Positions 12,114 to 25,986 of a stretch of DNA of 64,000 nucleotides are shown piece after piece (the stretch's first letter is position 1; each line of letters opens with the position of its first letter). Made by a program: the position numbers and the translations under genes. Origin of the DNA: the human T2T-CHM13v2.0 reference genome, Homo sapiens; NCBI RefSeq assembly GCF_009914755.1, contig NC_060925.1. One strand, given 5' to 3'. The notes under the pieces are model-generated. The model was not told where the DNA came from and ran no database searches. It was given only the letters and a program-made list of their open reading frames with translations.

Positions 12114-13919
12114 TATACCAAGAAGTGGGATTGCTGGATCATATGTTAGTTGCATTTTAATTTTTCAATGAATCTTCATACTGTTTTCCATAATGACTGA
12201 ACCAATTTACATTTCCACCAACAATGTATAAGGGTTCCCTTTTCTTTACATCCTTAACACCTATCTTTTGACTTTGATAATAGCCATCATATGTGAGGTG
12301 GTATCTCATTGTGATTTTTCTCTGCTTATCCCTGATAATTAGTAATGTTGAGCAACTTTTCATTTACCTGTTGGTCATTTGTATGTGTCCGTGCTGCCCA
12401 AAGCAATCTACATATTCAGTGCAATCCCTGTCAGAATTCCAATGGAATTTTTTACAGAAATATAAAAAACAATTCTAAAATTCATATGGAACCACAAAAG
12501 ACCTGGAATAGGTAACACAATCTTGAGCAAGAACAAAGCTATAGGCATCATACTTCCTGACTTCAAATTATATTACAAAACTGTAGTAATCAAAACAATA
12601 TGGTACCAGAGTAAAAACAGACACATAGACCAATGGGACAGAATAGCGATCCCAGAAATAAACTCATGCATATATTGTCATCTAATCTCTGACAAAGCCG
12701 GCAAGAATATGCCACAGGGAAAAGATAGTCTCTTCAATAAATGGCATTGGTGAAACTGGATATCCACGTGCCAAAAAAAATCTGATTTCACCATACATAC
12801 AAAGAAACTAACAATGGATTAAAGACTTAAAAACTGGAGCCATAAAACTTAGAAGAAGACATAGGGGAAAAACTCTATGACACTGATGTTGGCATTGATA
12901 TTTTGATATGACACTAAAAGTACAGGCAACAAAGGCAAAAAAGAGTGGGACTAAATGCAACTAAAACATTGTGGCATAGCAAAGGAAACAACAATATGAG
13001 AAGGCAGCCTATAGATTAGAAGAGAATATCTGCAAACTGTATAGCCAATAAGGGGTTAATATCTAAAATACACATGGAACTTGTACAACTCAATAGCAAA
13101 ATAACCAATTTAAAAAATGGGCAAAGAACATAGATATTTTTCCCAAGAAAATATTTCTTCCTCTTGATGCGCATATGTTTTCAGAAGAAGACAATTTTTT
13201 AAGGGATATTATAAAATATAAATGCATATTTGTGAAAATTGTTTAAAATCTAGAGGAGCAACAGTTCCCTGTATACGAACATTTATTTATATGCCCTACA
13301 TGTCATATGCCAAGTTATGTCATACTGGAAATAATCTTATAAAAGTTGTGTCTTTGATAGCTTATGATAGGGGAAACTATCCATTGCATGGCATAAAGAT
13401 CACATGAGACAAGCAGTGCAAGAATTTTTCTTGATTTCAATAGATCAGAACCCGCTGTGAATATATAAAGGCAAATTATCTTCCTCACTGACTCAATTCT
13501 CATAGGCATAGCACGGTCTACTTCCCCCCCTCCCTCAGTTTGGAGCCTAAGAAATGGTAGTTACTTAGCAAAACTGCAAAGCTAAAATCTCTGCTAATTG
13601 GCAACACTAATTACTGTTAGCTGGGGATGTAGTGTTCAATATTTACTGTGTTACAATTAATGCGATATTACCAATTTGTTTATTTTAATGTCTGATTTAT
13701 GATGAAACATCTAACTTAATATTTGGAAAGTGAAATACCACATACCTGATGCATAACACATTTTAAGTTACTTGGCTCTAGTTGATAGCTCCAGAATGAA
13801 TGTACTTATCTGTAGGTATTGTGTAAAGTCTAAGCATAGCTATCAGTGTACTGGCATTCATTTTGAAAAACATATTTCTGGACCATTTTAGTCCATGTTA
13901 AATGCTGAGACATTTCTAC

Positions 13920-13989
13920 CTTCTTCCTGGTTGTGGGGCAGCTCAGTAGGGTGGCCAAATGACCTGTTTTCTAATGGACAGGGCTGTAT
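13920..13989 (-). pseudogene. Candidate exon (70 nt)
   Basis: ttttcctgcagtgcag| acceptor, aag|gtagaa donor; IQPCPLENRSFGHPTELPHNQEE open; upstream intron only 71 nt. Confidence 0.3.
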
Positions 13990-14060
13990 CTGCACTGCAG
14001 GAAAACATTTTTAGTGTTGTATTTATGAAAGTATGACATGAGGCCAGTACGTGTCCTTAC

Positions 14061-14334
14061 AGGAAAGACTTCCTGATGTGCTTATGCAAATTCAAACACT
14101 GCAAGCATGTCCTGAATTGGGAACCACATACTGACTTCAGGCTTCTAACAAAGGATATTGGAAGGAAGGGGTATGGGACTGAGCATCTCAGAAGAGTGTT
14201 TTGAAACAGAGAAGCCAATTTCAGTAGTATCTCAAGGGGTGCCTTTCTAAGAAGACATGACAAGGCTTTTCTCTGTTTCAAGCAGCAGTAAATAAGCTGT
14301 AATTCCTGTAAAGTTTTCCCAGTACATACTATTA
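14061..14334 (-). pseudogene. Candidate exon (274 nt), RGS-domain-like when frames are joined
   Basis: ttacttttttcag| acceptor, cct|gtaagg donor; one frame fully open (ORF 14057..14380). Confidence 0.5.
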
Positions 14335-15322
14335 CTGAAAAAAGTAAACACTGTGTGCATGCATGCTTTGGTATGTTCATGTCAGCTGGGGGGATTCATT
14401 TTTAAAAATACTTTCTGTGTTAATACAACCTGAGAATTTTGAGGGACTGGGTGGTCTTATGTGTTAGAGGCTCGAAGGCACATCAAGTACTTAGGGGAAA
14501 TATGCTTCTGATATAACCATAAAAACTCAGGGAATTGTGGTGTCTGCCTAACATATCAAATCTTGAGGGTCTTTTGGGAGCCCTTATTTACTGCTCACAA
14601 ATTCTGCATTCCAGAGCTGGGATTTAGACTGAGTCATCTCTTCTACCTCTAAATTTGTCTTAACTTCTAGCTCTCTGTTGCTTTTATAGCATAGACTGAT
14701 AAGTAGTAGATCAAAAAATTTTCGGGTTGAAAAGAAAAAAATGGTGATACAAAAATGATAGGTATGAGAATTTTAGGATAGGATAGAACAGCTTTGGGGA
14801 AGGCAAGACCTTGAAATTAGACATAGCATGGAGGAAATTGGGCTCCAGAGAGAGATGAAAAGCAATCGGTTGGAGTCTAGGTGATCGGTTGCAGTCTAAT
14901 TTTAGGAGATGTAGTTGGGATGGGAATAGCTGTCATCACAAGAAGGGGGCCCAAGAACAGGCTGCAGGTGGAGATTCAGGCCTGCATTTGGCACACAGAG
15001 GCTGGCTGTGGCCCACTAAGTTCAGGACTGTGGTTGAGAGCTCCAAAACTGGACTGCAATTGTCGGGATGATGAGCAAAGTAGGTATACTCATTTTGCCC
15101 ATTTGCTGTCTAGGCTGAGACATGACTTGATCTGAACAGTCTCTCCTCAGTATGAGATGATTCTTCGACATTCACAGCCCCTCATCAAATCTCCCCCACC
15201 AGCGCCCCATCTCTGAAGGATATCTTGGCAAGTTTCCTTGTCCCCACCCTCCACCCCGCCTTTTTTAGTTAATAAATTCCTAGTCCTGCCTATTCAGAAC
15301 TTAGACTTTTTAATTAGTAGAG

Positions 15323-15520
15323 GGTAGTTTTTAAGATCATGGACTCCTAAGCCAGAGCTAGAATGTTTTAACTGTGTGAACTTGGGTAAGGGCCCTAAAG
15401 TCTCTGTCCTCAGTTTCTTACTATGTAAAGACTATAGTATTTACTTCTTAAAGTTTTTGTGGGGATGAAATTAGTTAATCCACATAAGGCACTCAGAATA
15501 GTGCCTGGCATATAAGTGTT
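15323..15520 (+). mobile_element. MIR
   Basis: 'tgtgtgaacttgggtaag...tctctgtcctcagtttc...gcactcagaatagtgcctggcata'. Confidence 0.75.
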
Positions 15521-16346
15521 GTATGTGTTTATGACGGGTATTATTGTCTGATTGTCCCCATTGACTGGGGGACCTTGGCCACATGGGCTGTTTTGTTATT
15601 TCTCCTCCAACTTTAGCATGTGGGAACTGGGTGTTGCTTGGTTAGGAACATATTTTGCTTCCTGCTAATTTCTCATTTGTGTATACAATGTACATGGAGG
15701 GGGTAAATTGGGAGGCAGAGACCATCTTGTGTAACTGGTCCCTGGATAACTTGGTGTCCATTGAGAGCCTTTGTATGGCTAGTACCCAACTGTGGGTCAC
15801 ATGTATAAATTACTTTGAGGGTCCTGTAGGCTTCCCCACTGGATTACTTCTTTGACATGAGAGATGTCTTCCATCCTCCCAGCTTCTACCCCCAAAGGCC
15901 CTACAGCCTCCTGCTACTGATGACTGGTGGACATCCCCTTTAAGCATCTTTCCTGCCTCATCTCCAGCAAACTAAAAGCTTTCAGGTGTTGGAATCTTAA
16001 AAGTAAAACCTTCAGAAAATCTCTCAACAGAGGTCTGAAATTTCAGTTTTTGAATATGAAGTCCACTTTAATAGGAAACATTCAGACCCACTGCTATACA
16101 GTGCCACTCTGGCATGGCAAAGATATTGGCCTAGGGCCATTTTTAAAGGAACATTGTCCAAAAGAAGGGACAAATGGTAGGGCAAGGTGACATCGTAAGC
16201 ACCTGGCCAAAGGGGCATTACTTATATGAGTGGAAAATCAGGTGAGAGAATCCTAGTGATGAGAAAGTCTCCAAAAAACTCACAATGTGCACCATCAGAG
16301 AATGTCAGCTTTAAATACCATTTAAGCCCAGAGAGAGCTGTGCCAC

Positions 16347-17085
16347 TGTGATATAAAAAGAAACATATATTTGGTCTCTGTCCTCCAGTTCCTGAAACAG
16401 CTGCTAAAACCCTGGTGTGATGGAATGATAGAAGCATCTTTTGTTTTAATAGTTGGTCTTAGTCCATGGTTCCTGACAGAAGACATTCTAAGACCCTTGG
16501 AATCTCCAGAGTAATGTGTATCTTTTTGTGTGCTAATGAATGACTGGTGGCTGGGGTTCCTAGACAATTAGGATACAGCTTTTTGCCAGAAAGACCAAAG
16601 CATGATTAATGGGTTGAAACTTTCAACCCACCTCTCAACCTCTTGAACCTCCATATAAGCCCTAAATGAAGGGATTTGGACACCTTCCAGGTTGGTGAAC
16701 ACATCCACATGGCTGGAGGTTGGTACCCCCAAAACTCCATGAGGACAGAAGCTCCTGCGTTTGGGACCCTTCTTCAAGTTATGTTCCTTATCATTTGGCT
16801 CTTCGATTGGATCCTTTGTAATATTTTTTTTTTATGGTAAGCCATTAATAGTAAGGAAAATGTTCCCTTGAATTTTGTGAGCTGTCATAGCAAATTATCA
16901 AACTTGGGGGGGGGGGTTGTGGAGAATCCTGATTTGTAGCCATTCAGACAAAAGTGTGAGTAACCTGGGGACCCACTACTTGTGACTGGCATTTGAAGTG
17001 GTGAGATGGTCTTCTAGGACTGAACTCTTACTGTTGGACCCCCCAGTTGGTGTCTGAAGAGAACTGGAAAATTGCCCAGTGTGAG
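16347..17085 (+). mobile_element. MER21B/C LTR
   Basis: 'tgtgatataaaaagaaacatatatttggtctctg', 'caggttggtgaacacatccac', 'gacagaagctcctgcgtttgggaccc'. Confidence 0.85.
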
Positions 17086-17619
17086 GAACAGGGTTCTCCT
17101 GTATCTCTATTCCTTACCCTTCATCTCCATCTCCAATGCTCATTCTAGAGGGGTCAGAAACCACAGTTGGTTCTAAAGTGTGAAGGAGAAGCCCAAGCCT
17201 TGGAAATAGAGGCACAACTTGCTGTTCCCTTTGCCATTGTTGGCCTCTGCCTCAAAGTAGACAGTAAAGCAGGTGGAAGAAGCTTACCTTTAAATGAAGT
17301 TTACAATTTTAACTATTACATGACACTTTTAAAATAATGCTGTACTGAGAATGTCCTTGAGACTAGGTGTAACTTTTTGTTATTCAATAGTAACCAGAAT
17401 AACTTTAGGTTTTACTTGAGATTTTGTTCAGTATCAGGGAGAAAGGAGTGGCATGGTTGGTTTTCAGGAGGTAGTTGTGGGAAAGGATATGGCTGCTATA
17501 GGATTGCACTCTTCTGTATCACACTAATTCACAATCATAGTTACATGCCCTTAGTTTTAAGAATGAGTTAGGTCTCATTAATATTTTTATTGTTATTGCT
17601 AATACTTGTAATGAGTCTT

Positions 17620-17955
17620 GTGTTTCATTCTGCATATGGCCAGCCAGCTATCTCAGCACCATCGATTGAATAGGGAGTCCCTTCCCTATTGCTTATTTTT
17701 GTTGACTTGTCAAAGATCAGATGGCTGGAAGTGTGCAGCTTAATTTCTGGGTTCTTGATTCTGTTTCATTGGTTTATTTGTTTTTGAACCAGTACCATGC
17801 TGTTTTGGTTACTGTAGCCTTATAGTATAGTTTGAAGTTGGGTTATACGATGCCACTGGCTTTGTTCTTTTTGATATTGGTAGTTTGATAGGAATGGTGT
17901 TGAATCCATAGATTGCTTTGGGCAGTATGGCCATTTTAACAATATTGGTTCTTGC
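17620..17955 (-). mobile_element. L1 (L1PA/PB) ORF2 fragment
   Basis: 'gtcaaagatcagatggctg...gcagtatggccattttaacaatattg'. Confidence 0.85.
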
Positions 17956-17959
17956 TTCA

Positions 17960-19385
17960 GGAATTTGTGTGAATTGTCCCATTGTTTTCTAAAGTGGAAT
18001 ATATCTGGAAAAGACTGAGGCCTTGTCTGATTTTTATTATCCTCATAGATAACTTGATCATTTTTTTGCTTGGAAGCTCAAATGATTCTTCATTATCCTT
18101 GAACTACAGAAGTTTGCTAGATTATTCCTGGTATTTATGGTTCTGGTTAGTTTTCCTTGAGACCTGATGTCCCCTTTTAATGTTTTTCATTTCAGGATTT
18201 TTTTTAAAATTACGTTTCTAAATAAGTGTCGTGCTCTATCATTTCACTTTCCCCCTTTGGATAGCAAGTTATACATATGCCTTTTCTCTGCAACTGTCAT
18301 TTTACTTATAATTCTTTTAAAAGATTTATTTCATTTTATTCACTTCATTTCTCTTTGTATTTCCTTCTGCATTTTCAGCTCTGTCCTTCTCCATATATAG
18401 TCCTCATAATTTTGTGTTTACTTCTCTCATGGTTCCACTACAGTACTACCTTCCTTGTCACCCCCACCACCAAATTATCAAATTCTGCTAGTCATGTTTC
18501 ATCTCATCCTAATTTTTCCTCTATCTCTACACTGAGCTTTTTCATCTCTGCATTGTGTTCTTGTTTTACAGAGCCATTTTTTTTAGGTTTTAAGTATTCA
18601 TGGTAAAAAGTTTGACAATATTTATCTGCCTCAGGGCCAAAGGTTTCTGGTGAGGGTTATTTTTCTATATGCTTTTCTTGTTTCTTTTTTTTCCTGCAAT
18701 CCTTTCTGTAGATCTTATTTTTCCTGTTTTGCTTTCTTTTTGATTACTCATCTTTGAAAGAGAGAAATTTTTCCCATACTGGTTGTTGCAGGATGATTAA
18801 GTTGGGGGGTGGGTGAGGGGCAAGACCATGTTACAGACTAGATGGAATTTTTATCATCCAGCATTTTTTTTTTCTGTGTGAGTTTGTTTAAACTTTATTT
18901 TTCCCAAGGCAAAGTAAACAGACAGTTGGTAAACTTTTTACTACTATTTTCTTTTCACGATGGCAGCCACTATTTACAAACAGCTCATCTAGGGAGCTTT
19001 ATCACCTCTGCTTCTCAGAGCCATATCCAGTCCAGTGAAGCTTGTGGTACTTACTTGTGTACCCTGCTCTTCCTTTGTGAAAACGGACTGAAATTTTTGT
19101 ACGTTGACATATGTCCTTTCAGGTTCAAGACATGGACGCTGGTGACTGCCTCTTAAATCTGAAAGGTTCAAGGAGAATTAAGATTTGCTATACATACTAA
19201 GTAAATCTTGGTTTGATTTACTAAGCTCTGTCTCTGCTCTCCATTTCACATCTTCAGACATATAAGTTCATCTCTACTATTTTTGGCAGCCCTTTCGTGT
19301 ATATTTGAGGTTTGGGGTTTTATCTATCCTCTAGTTCCACTGAAAGTCAAGTTTGCATTTTTGTTTCCTTTTCTCCTTCATTGAA
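17960..19385 (-). mobile_element. Very old L1M/HAL1-like ORF1-region remnants
   Basis: T-rich strand typical of antisense L1; only weak motif similarity. Confidence 0.35.
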
Positions 19386-19463
19386 GTGTTTCTCAAAACA
19401 CAGTTCTCAGATATATGCATTGTAATTACTTGGGGTATTTATTAAAAAATTCAGATTCCCAAG

Positions 19464-20015
19464 TGTGATGGTTAATATTGAGTGTCAACTTGATTGGATT
19501 GAAGGATGCAAAGTATTGTTCCTGGGTGTGTCTGTGAGGGGGCTGTCAAAGGAGATTAACATTTAAGTCAGTGAACTGGGAGACCCAGACCCACCCTTAG
19601 TCTGGGTGGGCACCATCTAAATACTGCCAGCGTGGCTAGGATAAAGCAGGCAGAAGAACATGGAAGAACTAGACTTGCTGAGTCTTCTGGCCTTCATCTT
19701 TCTCCTATGCTGGATGCTTTCTGCCCTCAAACATCAGACTCCAAATTCTTCAGCCTTTAGACTCTTGAATTTATACCAGTGGTTTTCCAGGGGCTCTTGG
19801 GCCTTTGGCCACAGACTGAAGGCTGGACTGTCAGCTTCCCTACTTTTGAGGTTTTGGGACTTTGATCCACTACTGGTTTCCTTGCTCCTCAACTTGCAAA
19901 TGGCCTATCATGGTACTTTACCTTGTGATTGTGTGAGTCCATTCTCCTTAATAAACTCCCTCTCAAATATACATATATCCTATCAATTTCTGTCCCTCTA
20001 GAGAGCCATAATATT
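19464..20015 (+). mobile_element. MLT2A (HERV-L) solo LTR inserted in a MER5-like element (~19390-20135)
   Basis: tgtgatggttaatattgagtgtcaacttgattgg...; exact 5-bp TSD ccaag. Confidence 0.92.
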
Positions 20016-20198
20016 CCAAGGTTCTTTCCAAGGCTTGCTAATTCAAAGCCTCTTAAGCTGGCTTTCAAGATTCAAAATTTTTAGTAAGGTACCTATTATG
20101 ATTTTTACATACATGGAAGTTGACAATCACTATTTTAGTGAATAAGTTTTAAAGAGGTAACTTTTTCCATCTAATGTGGTTTTCAAAAAATTTGCTAC

Positions 20199-20314
20199 CT
20201 AACACATAATGTAATTTCTGCACCATTGTCTTGTCTTTGTATTGCTCGCTGCTGTATAGAACCAAGATTCTACATATGGTTACATTCTTATTTATTTTCC
20301 AAGTCTATAAAAAT
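20199..20314 (-). pseudogene. Candidate exon (116 nt)
   Basis: cctctgcag| acceptor, weak tag|gtagca donor; upstream intron only 65 nt. Confidence 0.25.
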
Positions 20315-20379
20315 CTGCAGAGGCTTCAATTCACTTTGGGTATATCAGTCCATATACCATGCATATTTTAAAATCTTAC

Positions 20380-20593
20380 CCATTGTCTAAAATTCAGAAA
20401 GTTTTCCCATCTTCTTGATTTGTCTCAATCCCCAGTGAGTGATGACTTCAAATATAAGTATTGGCAGCTGTGAGAGCTATATAACATATCCAAGTCTCTT
20501 GAGCACCCCTTAAAGAACTTGGAAGATTTACTTAGTATGTATAGCAGGTCTTAATTCTCCCAAGTTAAACCTCTTGTGGCCAGCTTACTGAAG
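20380..20593 (-). pseudogene. Candidate exon (214 nt)
   Basis: ctccattttcacag| acceptor, tgg|gtaaga donor; FSKLATRGLTWEN*DLLYILSK...RRWENFLNFRQW. Confidence 0.5.
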
Positions 20594-21629
20594 CTGTGAA
20601 AATGGAGATGCTTTATTGAGAATGGAAAGGGAATTTGTAATTGTCTTTCATCTCCCCAGGCTACCATTCCAAATATGACAGCAAGGACTGGGAATTTCAA
20701 GAGTAAAGAAGGTGGCATTTTGTATTTCAGATGCCTTGATTTTTGTCACACTCAGTTTCCTGTGAGCTGATCCCTTTTATGCTGTTTAGAGGTTGACTTC
20801 AAAATGACAACTAATTAAAAGTAGAAAATTTGGTATCTTTTGAACATGAGTACTTCTTTAGAGATGAGAGGGGTAGATGCCCTAGATTTAAAATGATTTA
20901 ACTCTTTGGCCAAATTGAGCATCCTCATGGGTTACTAGTAAATACAGCTCACAGATAGTTTTCTATAAAGATATATCTTAATCTCCTTTCTGGATCTAAC
21001 AAAGTGGTATATCTCTGTCCCCAGGGTGTTTTTCCCATGGACATTAATATGATCTGAATATTAAAAAGAAAACACTTTGGCGGTCTTTGGAAGGGTATGT
21101 GTAGGTTTAAATCTTAGATAACAGAGCTCAAGGCTACCAAGGCTGTAGCATATTGAAAAGCATTTAATTAAACTTTTTTCTCCAAATAGTTGTCAGGTTT
21201 TAATTTTTTAAGCCTTACGATTGTTGACTGTCAGTGAACACAGCCTATGTGCAGCAGAGTTTCCCTGACTTAGCCAAGGTGTTTGCTAGTGGGGAAGGGT
21301 ACAAGGCAGGGTCAATGCCGCAGATGAAGCAATCTCCCCTAAAGCAGCTTTTGAAGTGACATTTGTGGAAGGTAAATGTTGCTGCCTATTGCCAGCAACT
21401 CTTGAGAACAGCAGTTCAACCTGACTTACATAAAATGTTTAGGTTAAAACACAGAATTTTATATAGAAACACTTAGGGCAACCATGCCTTGGGCCAAGAA
21501 AAGCAATATATTGTGCACTATATGGTTCCTTTTGCTAATGGCAGTGAGGGTTAGCATTCAAAGAATAGTTATGATTGAAATTGTTCTGTTATGCACACAA
21601 ATCATAAAAGGTGGATAAGAGAAGGGTGT

Positions 21630-21850
21630 TAACATCTAGAATGCCAGCTATGTACCAGATATAAACAATTAGGGCCTCTTCATATTTCATTGTGTGACAT
21701 CTTTACTTTTCCCAAGTCAAAGTAAACAACCATTTGTTAGGATTCACATTTAAGTGACATAAAAACTGAGAAGAGTTAAGCGGCCAAAAGTCACTTAGGT
21801 TGTAAGTGGCAGAGTTGGGGTTTGAATCCAGGCAGGATTGGCTAGAAAGA
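21630..21850 (-). mobile_element. MIR
   Basis: 'aaaactgag...gtaagtggcagagttggggtttgaatccaggcag'. Confidence 0.7.
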
Positions 21851-21899
21851 CACCTCACAAATCCTTCACTGTCCTTTTACCACCTTTCTGCTTCCTCAC

Positions 21900-22064
21900 A
21901 GGGATATTTGGACCAAGTTTGAAAATGTATCAAAATGCATTGAACTTTCTGCAGTGGTCTGCATGTTGGTCATCTTTGTTTATTTCTTTGGCAAGAATCA
22001 TAGTGTAATCTGCACAATCAGTACATGTATATTTGTAGAAATAAAGTTTGGCAGAATTCTTACC
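21900..22064 (-). pseudogene. Candidate exon (165 nt)
   Basis: cttttcactactcag| acceptor (abuts MIR 5' end), cct|gtgagg donor; VRILPNFISTNIHVLIVQITL*FLPKK*TKM... Confidence 0.35.
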
Positions 22065-22069
22065 CTGAG

Positions 22070-22300
22070 TAGTGAAAAGATTCTGGTCTTTTGATTCAGA
22101 AAGAATCCGAAGGGAACTGTCCTTGAGCAAGTTACCTTGTAAACCTCAGTTTTCTCTGCTGTAAAATGGTAATGATTATCATACCACAATATCATACCAT
22201 TACCATAATAGCAACCTTTAAGATTGTGGAATGAATTAGGAGTATGTAAAGGGTCTAGAACAGTGTCTAGCATACAACAGGAGCCTAAAAATTATTACTG
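22070..22300 (+). mobile_element. MIR
   Basis: 'cttgagcaagttac...cctcagttttctctgctgtaaaatgg...agaacagtgtctagcata'. Confidence 0.75.
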
Positions 22301-22599
22301 TTACTATTGACATGCATGAGAATTCGTTGAACACTATGCTGCTGCACCCTTTGTAAACAATGATTACTGAGGCTCTAAATCTTATTGACACCTGTTTTTA
22401 CACTACAAATATTCTCAGATAATGTTACCAATTGGGTATGGTAATGACAATTCAAATATTCTTTACTTACCTATATAGTCAGTGAAAATTTCAAGACAAA
22501 AATTGGCTGTGTATATTTTCTGCAAGAATTCAGATACTTTTATAATGGTGAATTCCGCCTACTTTCATGAAGAGATTTTTATTTAAATTTGACTATTTC

Positions 22600-23635
22600 A
22601 AACATTTACAATAGAATATTAATATAAAGAACAATAGATACCTATCAGATTTATCAGATTGATGGAGATTATCAAGATTTTGTCACATTTATTTTTGTCC
22701 TTTTGTTTGTTTTTTTCCCCCCCATTTTTGCAGTATGTTAAGGAAAATCCCAGACACGTTATTCCTATGGCTTTCAAAATGCATCTACATAAGGGCAGTT
22801 TCTTCCGTATGACAATATTATAGCACATCCAACAAAACTAGTAGTAATTTTTTGGTGTTATTCAATAGTCCACTATCAAATTATTCCAATTGTCCCAAAG
22901 ACTAGGAAAATATTGCCTTAACATATTAACTAAATGCAACCTGTGGGACTTGTGTTAAGTTCCTTAAGCATTTTTGTTTTTGAATCTAGAGCAGCCTCTT
23001 TTCCCCTAAGGCCCCTTCTTTTCATGTCATTGATTTGTGCAGAAACTGGGTCACATTCTGGGGAATGTGCCACATTCTGGATCTGTGTCTTTACTTCCTT
23101 GTGACATTTAACTTGTTTTCTCTATTTTTCTATTTCTTACAAACGGAAGTTAGCTCTATACTAGAGGCTTGATTATATTTAGGTGCAACATTTTTGGCCA
23201 AAGATATTCAAAGATGATTCTAGGTGTTTCATAAAGAGGCCACAGTAGTTGGTTGTCCTAGTTTTCAGGATGCTAAAATTGAGTAGTTAAAGGTACTGAC
23301 AGACTTCTGTTGATAGTCATCATTGGATATTATTTCATTAGGGGATACAAAGTGGTGCATTTCCAAATCTATTTCTTTTTTCAAAGCAAAGCTTTATTGA
23401 GCAGTAATTGACATACAATAAACTACACAAATTTAAGATGCATAATTTGAAAAGTTGACATAGGTACACCTGTGAAACTACTGTCACACACAAGAAAATG
23501 AGCCTATTCATCACCCTTAAACATTTCCTTATGCTTCTCCATAATCCTTCTCAATCCCCCTTTCTACCCCCATTCCCAGGCAACCTGATCTGCTTTCTGT
23601 CATTATCAGTTAATTTGTATATTTCTTATTTTTCT
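22600..23635 (-). mobile_element. Old L1M (MD/ME-like) 3' fragments
   Basis: 'agctttattgag...acatacaataaactacac...ccaggcaacctgatctgctttctgtc'. Confidence 0.65.
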
Positions 23636-23692
23636 CTAATACTCATCTTAAGTGAAATAATTGTGGTTTATAAAATGATTTTAGAAAATTGA

Positions 23693-23966
23693 GGCTGGGT
23701 GCAGTAGCTCACGCCTGTAATCCCAGCACTTTGGGAGGCCAAGGTGGGCAGATCACTTGAGATCAGGAATTCAAGACTAGCCTGGCCAACATGGTGAAAC
23801 CCTGTGTCTACTAAAAATACAAAAATTAGCTGGGCCTGGTGGTGAGTGCTGAGGCAGGAGAATCACTTGAACCCAGGAAACAGAGGTTGCAGTGAGCCCA
23901 GATTGGGCCACTGCACTCCAGCCTGGGTGACAGAGCGAGAATCTGTCTCAAACACACACACAACAA
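23693..23966 (+). mobile_element. AluS (Sx/Sz-like) with ~25-nt deletion in right arm
   Basis: Alu dimer lacking 'cctgtaatcccagctactcgggag'; TSD agaaaattg. Confidence 0.93.
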
Positions 23967-24534
23967 AGAAAATTGTTTGTCATTCAGCATGATCATTTTA
24001 GAAGTTGTTAACTGGGTAGTATGTGATTGATACAGCAAGCAACAGGGGAATGAACTGGCTCTAGCGCTTCCCAACACTACTTAGGCTTTAGCTTTTCCCC
24101 ATGAAAGTTATTTGATGAACATTTTTTTTTCCCCTACAACTTTTATAGATCTTTAGAATCCAAAAGGTAATATTAACTGGATTAATTTATTAATTTCCCT
24201 TTATTAACTTAACTATTCAGGTTTGGCCACTTGTATTACAATAAAATATATGATTGCTATCATCTACACAAAGTGTTTTTCCCCTTTATTGAAACTGTAA
24301 GAGAGTGACTTATTTTTTCCCTCTAGTTCTCAGATTTTAATTTATCTTTAGCTAACTACCTTATGAAGAGCAGAGTACAATGTGTTACCTTTCTTCTTCA
24401 TTTGCAAGGCATGTGAATTTTGGAGTAAAGATACCTGATTCAGTAGGACCAATGACTTTTAGGCAGTTCACCTCAATTCTTAGCACAAGGAATACACTAT
24501 AATCAAATGTTGGCTCATATAGATTGTTGTGCTA

Positions 24535-24919
<385 letters not shown>

Positions 24920-25383
24920 TCAAAATCAGTGCAACATGAGTGTGATGACAGCTAAATTTTTAAAATTTCCCAAACTCCTTTTTTAGACTAAACAGACCAA
25001 CAAGGATAATAAATGAAAATACTCATGGATATAGCAACAAATTGATAGGGAATTCTTGCTAAATGCCAGAATGTGTGTGTGGCCAAATTACCAACAGCAA
25101 TGGGAACTGTGCAAGATGAATAGCTTTGTTGCAGTGAAGAACAAAGAATGAAAAGGCAAAAATGCCAAAAATAATACTCCCATACCTTAACTGACTGTAT
25201 AGTTACTCTCTAGCTCCTGGTGATGCTTTTTTTTTTGTCTTAAAGTCTATTTGTCTGATATAAATATCACTTACCAATTTCTTTCATTATGTATCTCATG
25301 TATCCACTTTATTTTTTATTTTCAACATTTATGTGTCCATGCATTTTAGATGTGACTTATAAAAAGAGAATATGGCTGGAAGC

Positions 25384-25491
25384 AGGACAGATAGTATTAT
25401 TCGACCAGTGTAGTTCTATTAGTTGGTAAATCCACTCTGATTGGTCAGTACCTGTGCTATACCAAATGTCAAATATTTGCAATATCCCTAG
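25384..25491 (-). mobile_element. Small ancient hAT-like MITE inside old L1
   Basis: 'tctgattggtcagtacctgtgctataccaaatgtcaaatatttgcaatatcccta' resembles recalled hAT-N1_Mam-type end. Confidence 0.4.
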
Positions 25492-25986
25492 CTGAACTTT
25501 ATTTTTTAATGCAATATAACAATCTTTGTCATTCAACTAGAGAGCTAAGTCCATTTATATATGTTGTGATAATTTTTTTCTACCATCTTATGTGGCTTAT
25601 ATTTATCTCACTGTTTTATTTTGAGGCCTTTGCTTGGTATCATTTTGCTGAATATTGTTTCTCCAGACTTCCATTTCTGGTGCTTCGTTTTCTTATTTAG
25701 TCTGAGATTTTTGTCTGTGAGCTATTTATTTTTCTTAGATATTTCCTGGAGAAATGCTTTCAGAAATAGGGTGAGGTTTATTGCTCCAAAGAGGATGTAC
25801 GTTTGGTACTGCCAGTCAATTGTAGCTACTACCCACCTGTGACTATTTTCAACTAAACTCTGAAATATTTTGGATTACACAATTAGAATGAGTTCAAGCT
25901 GCAAAACATTGTAAAGACCAATAAATATCAAGGGAGACTTATTTTCCCTTTATTCACAGAAATAGCCAATTTCCTCTTTGATATTT

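Noticed and set aside
19660-20001. 113-aa ORF with a signal-peptide-like start
   Set aside because: It lies wholly inside the MLT2A LTR.
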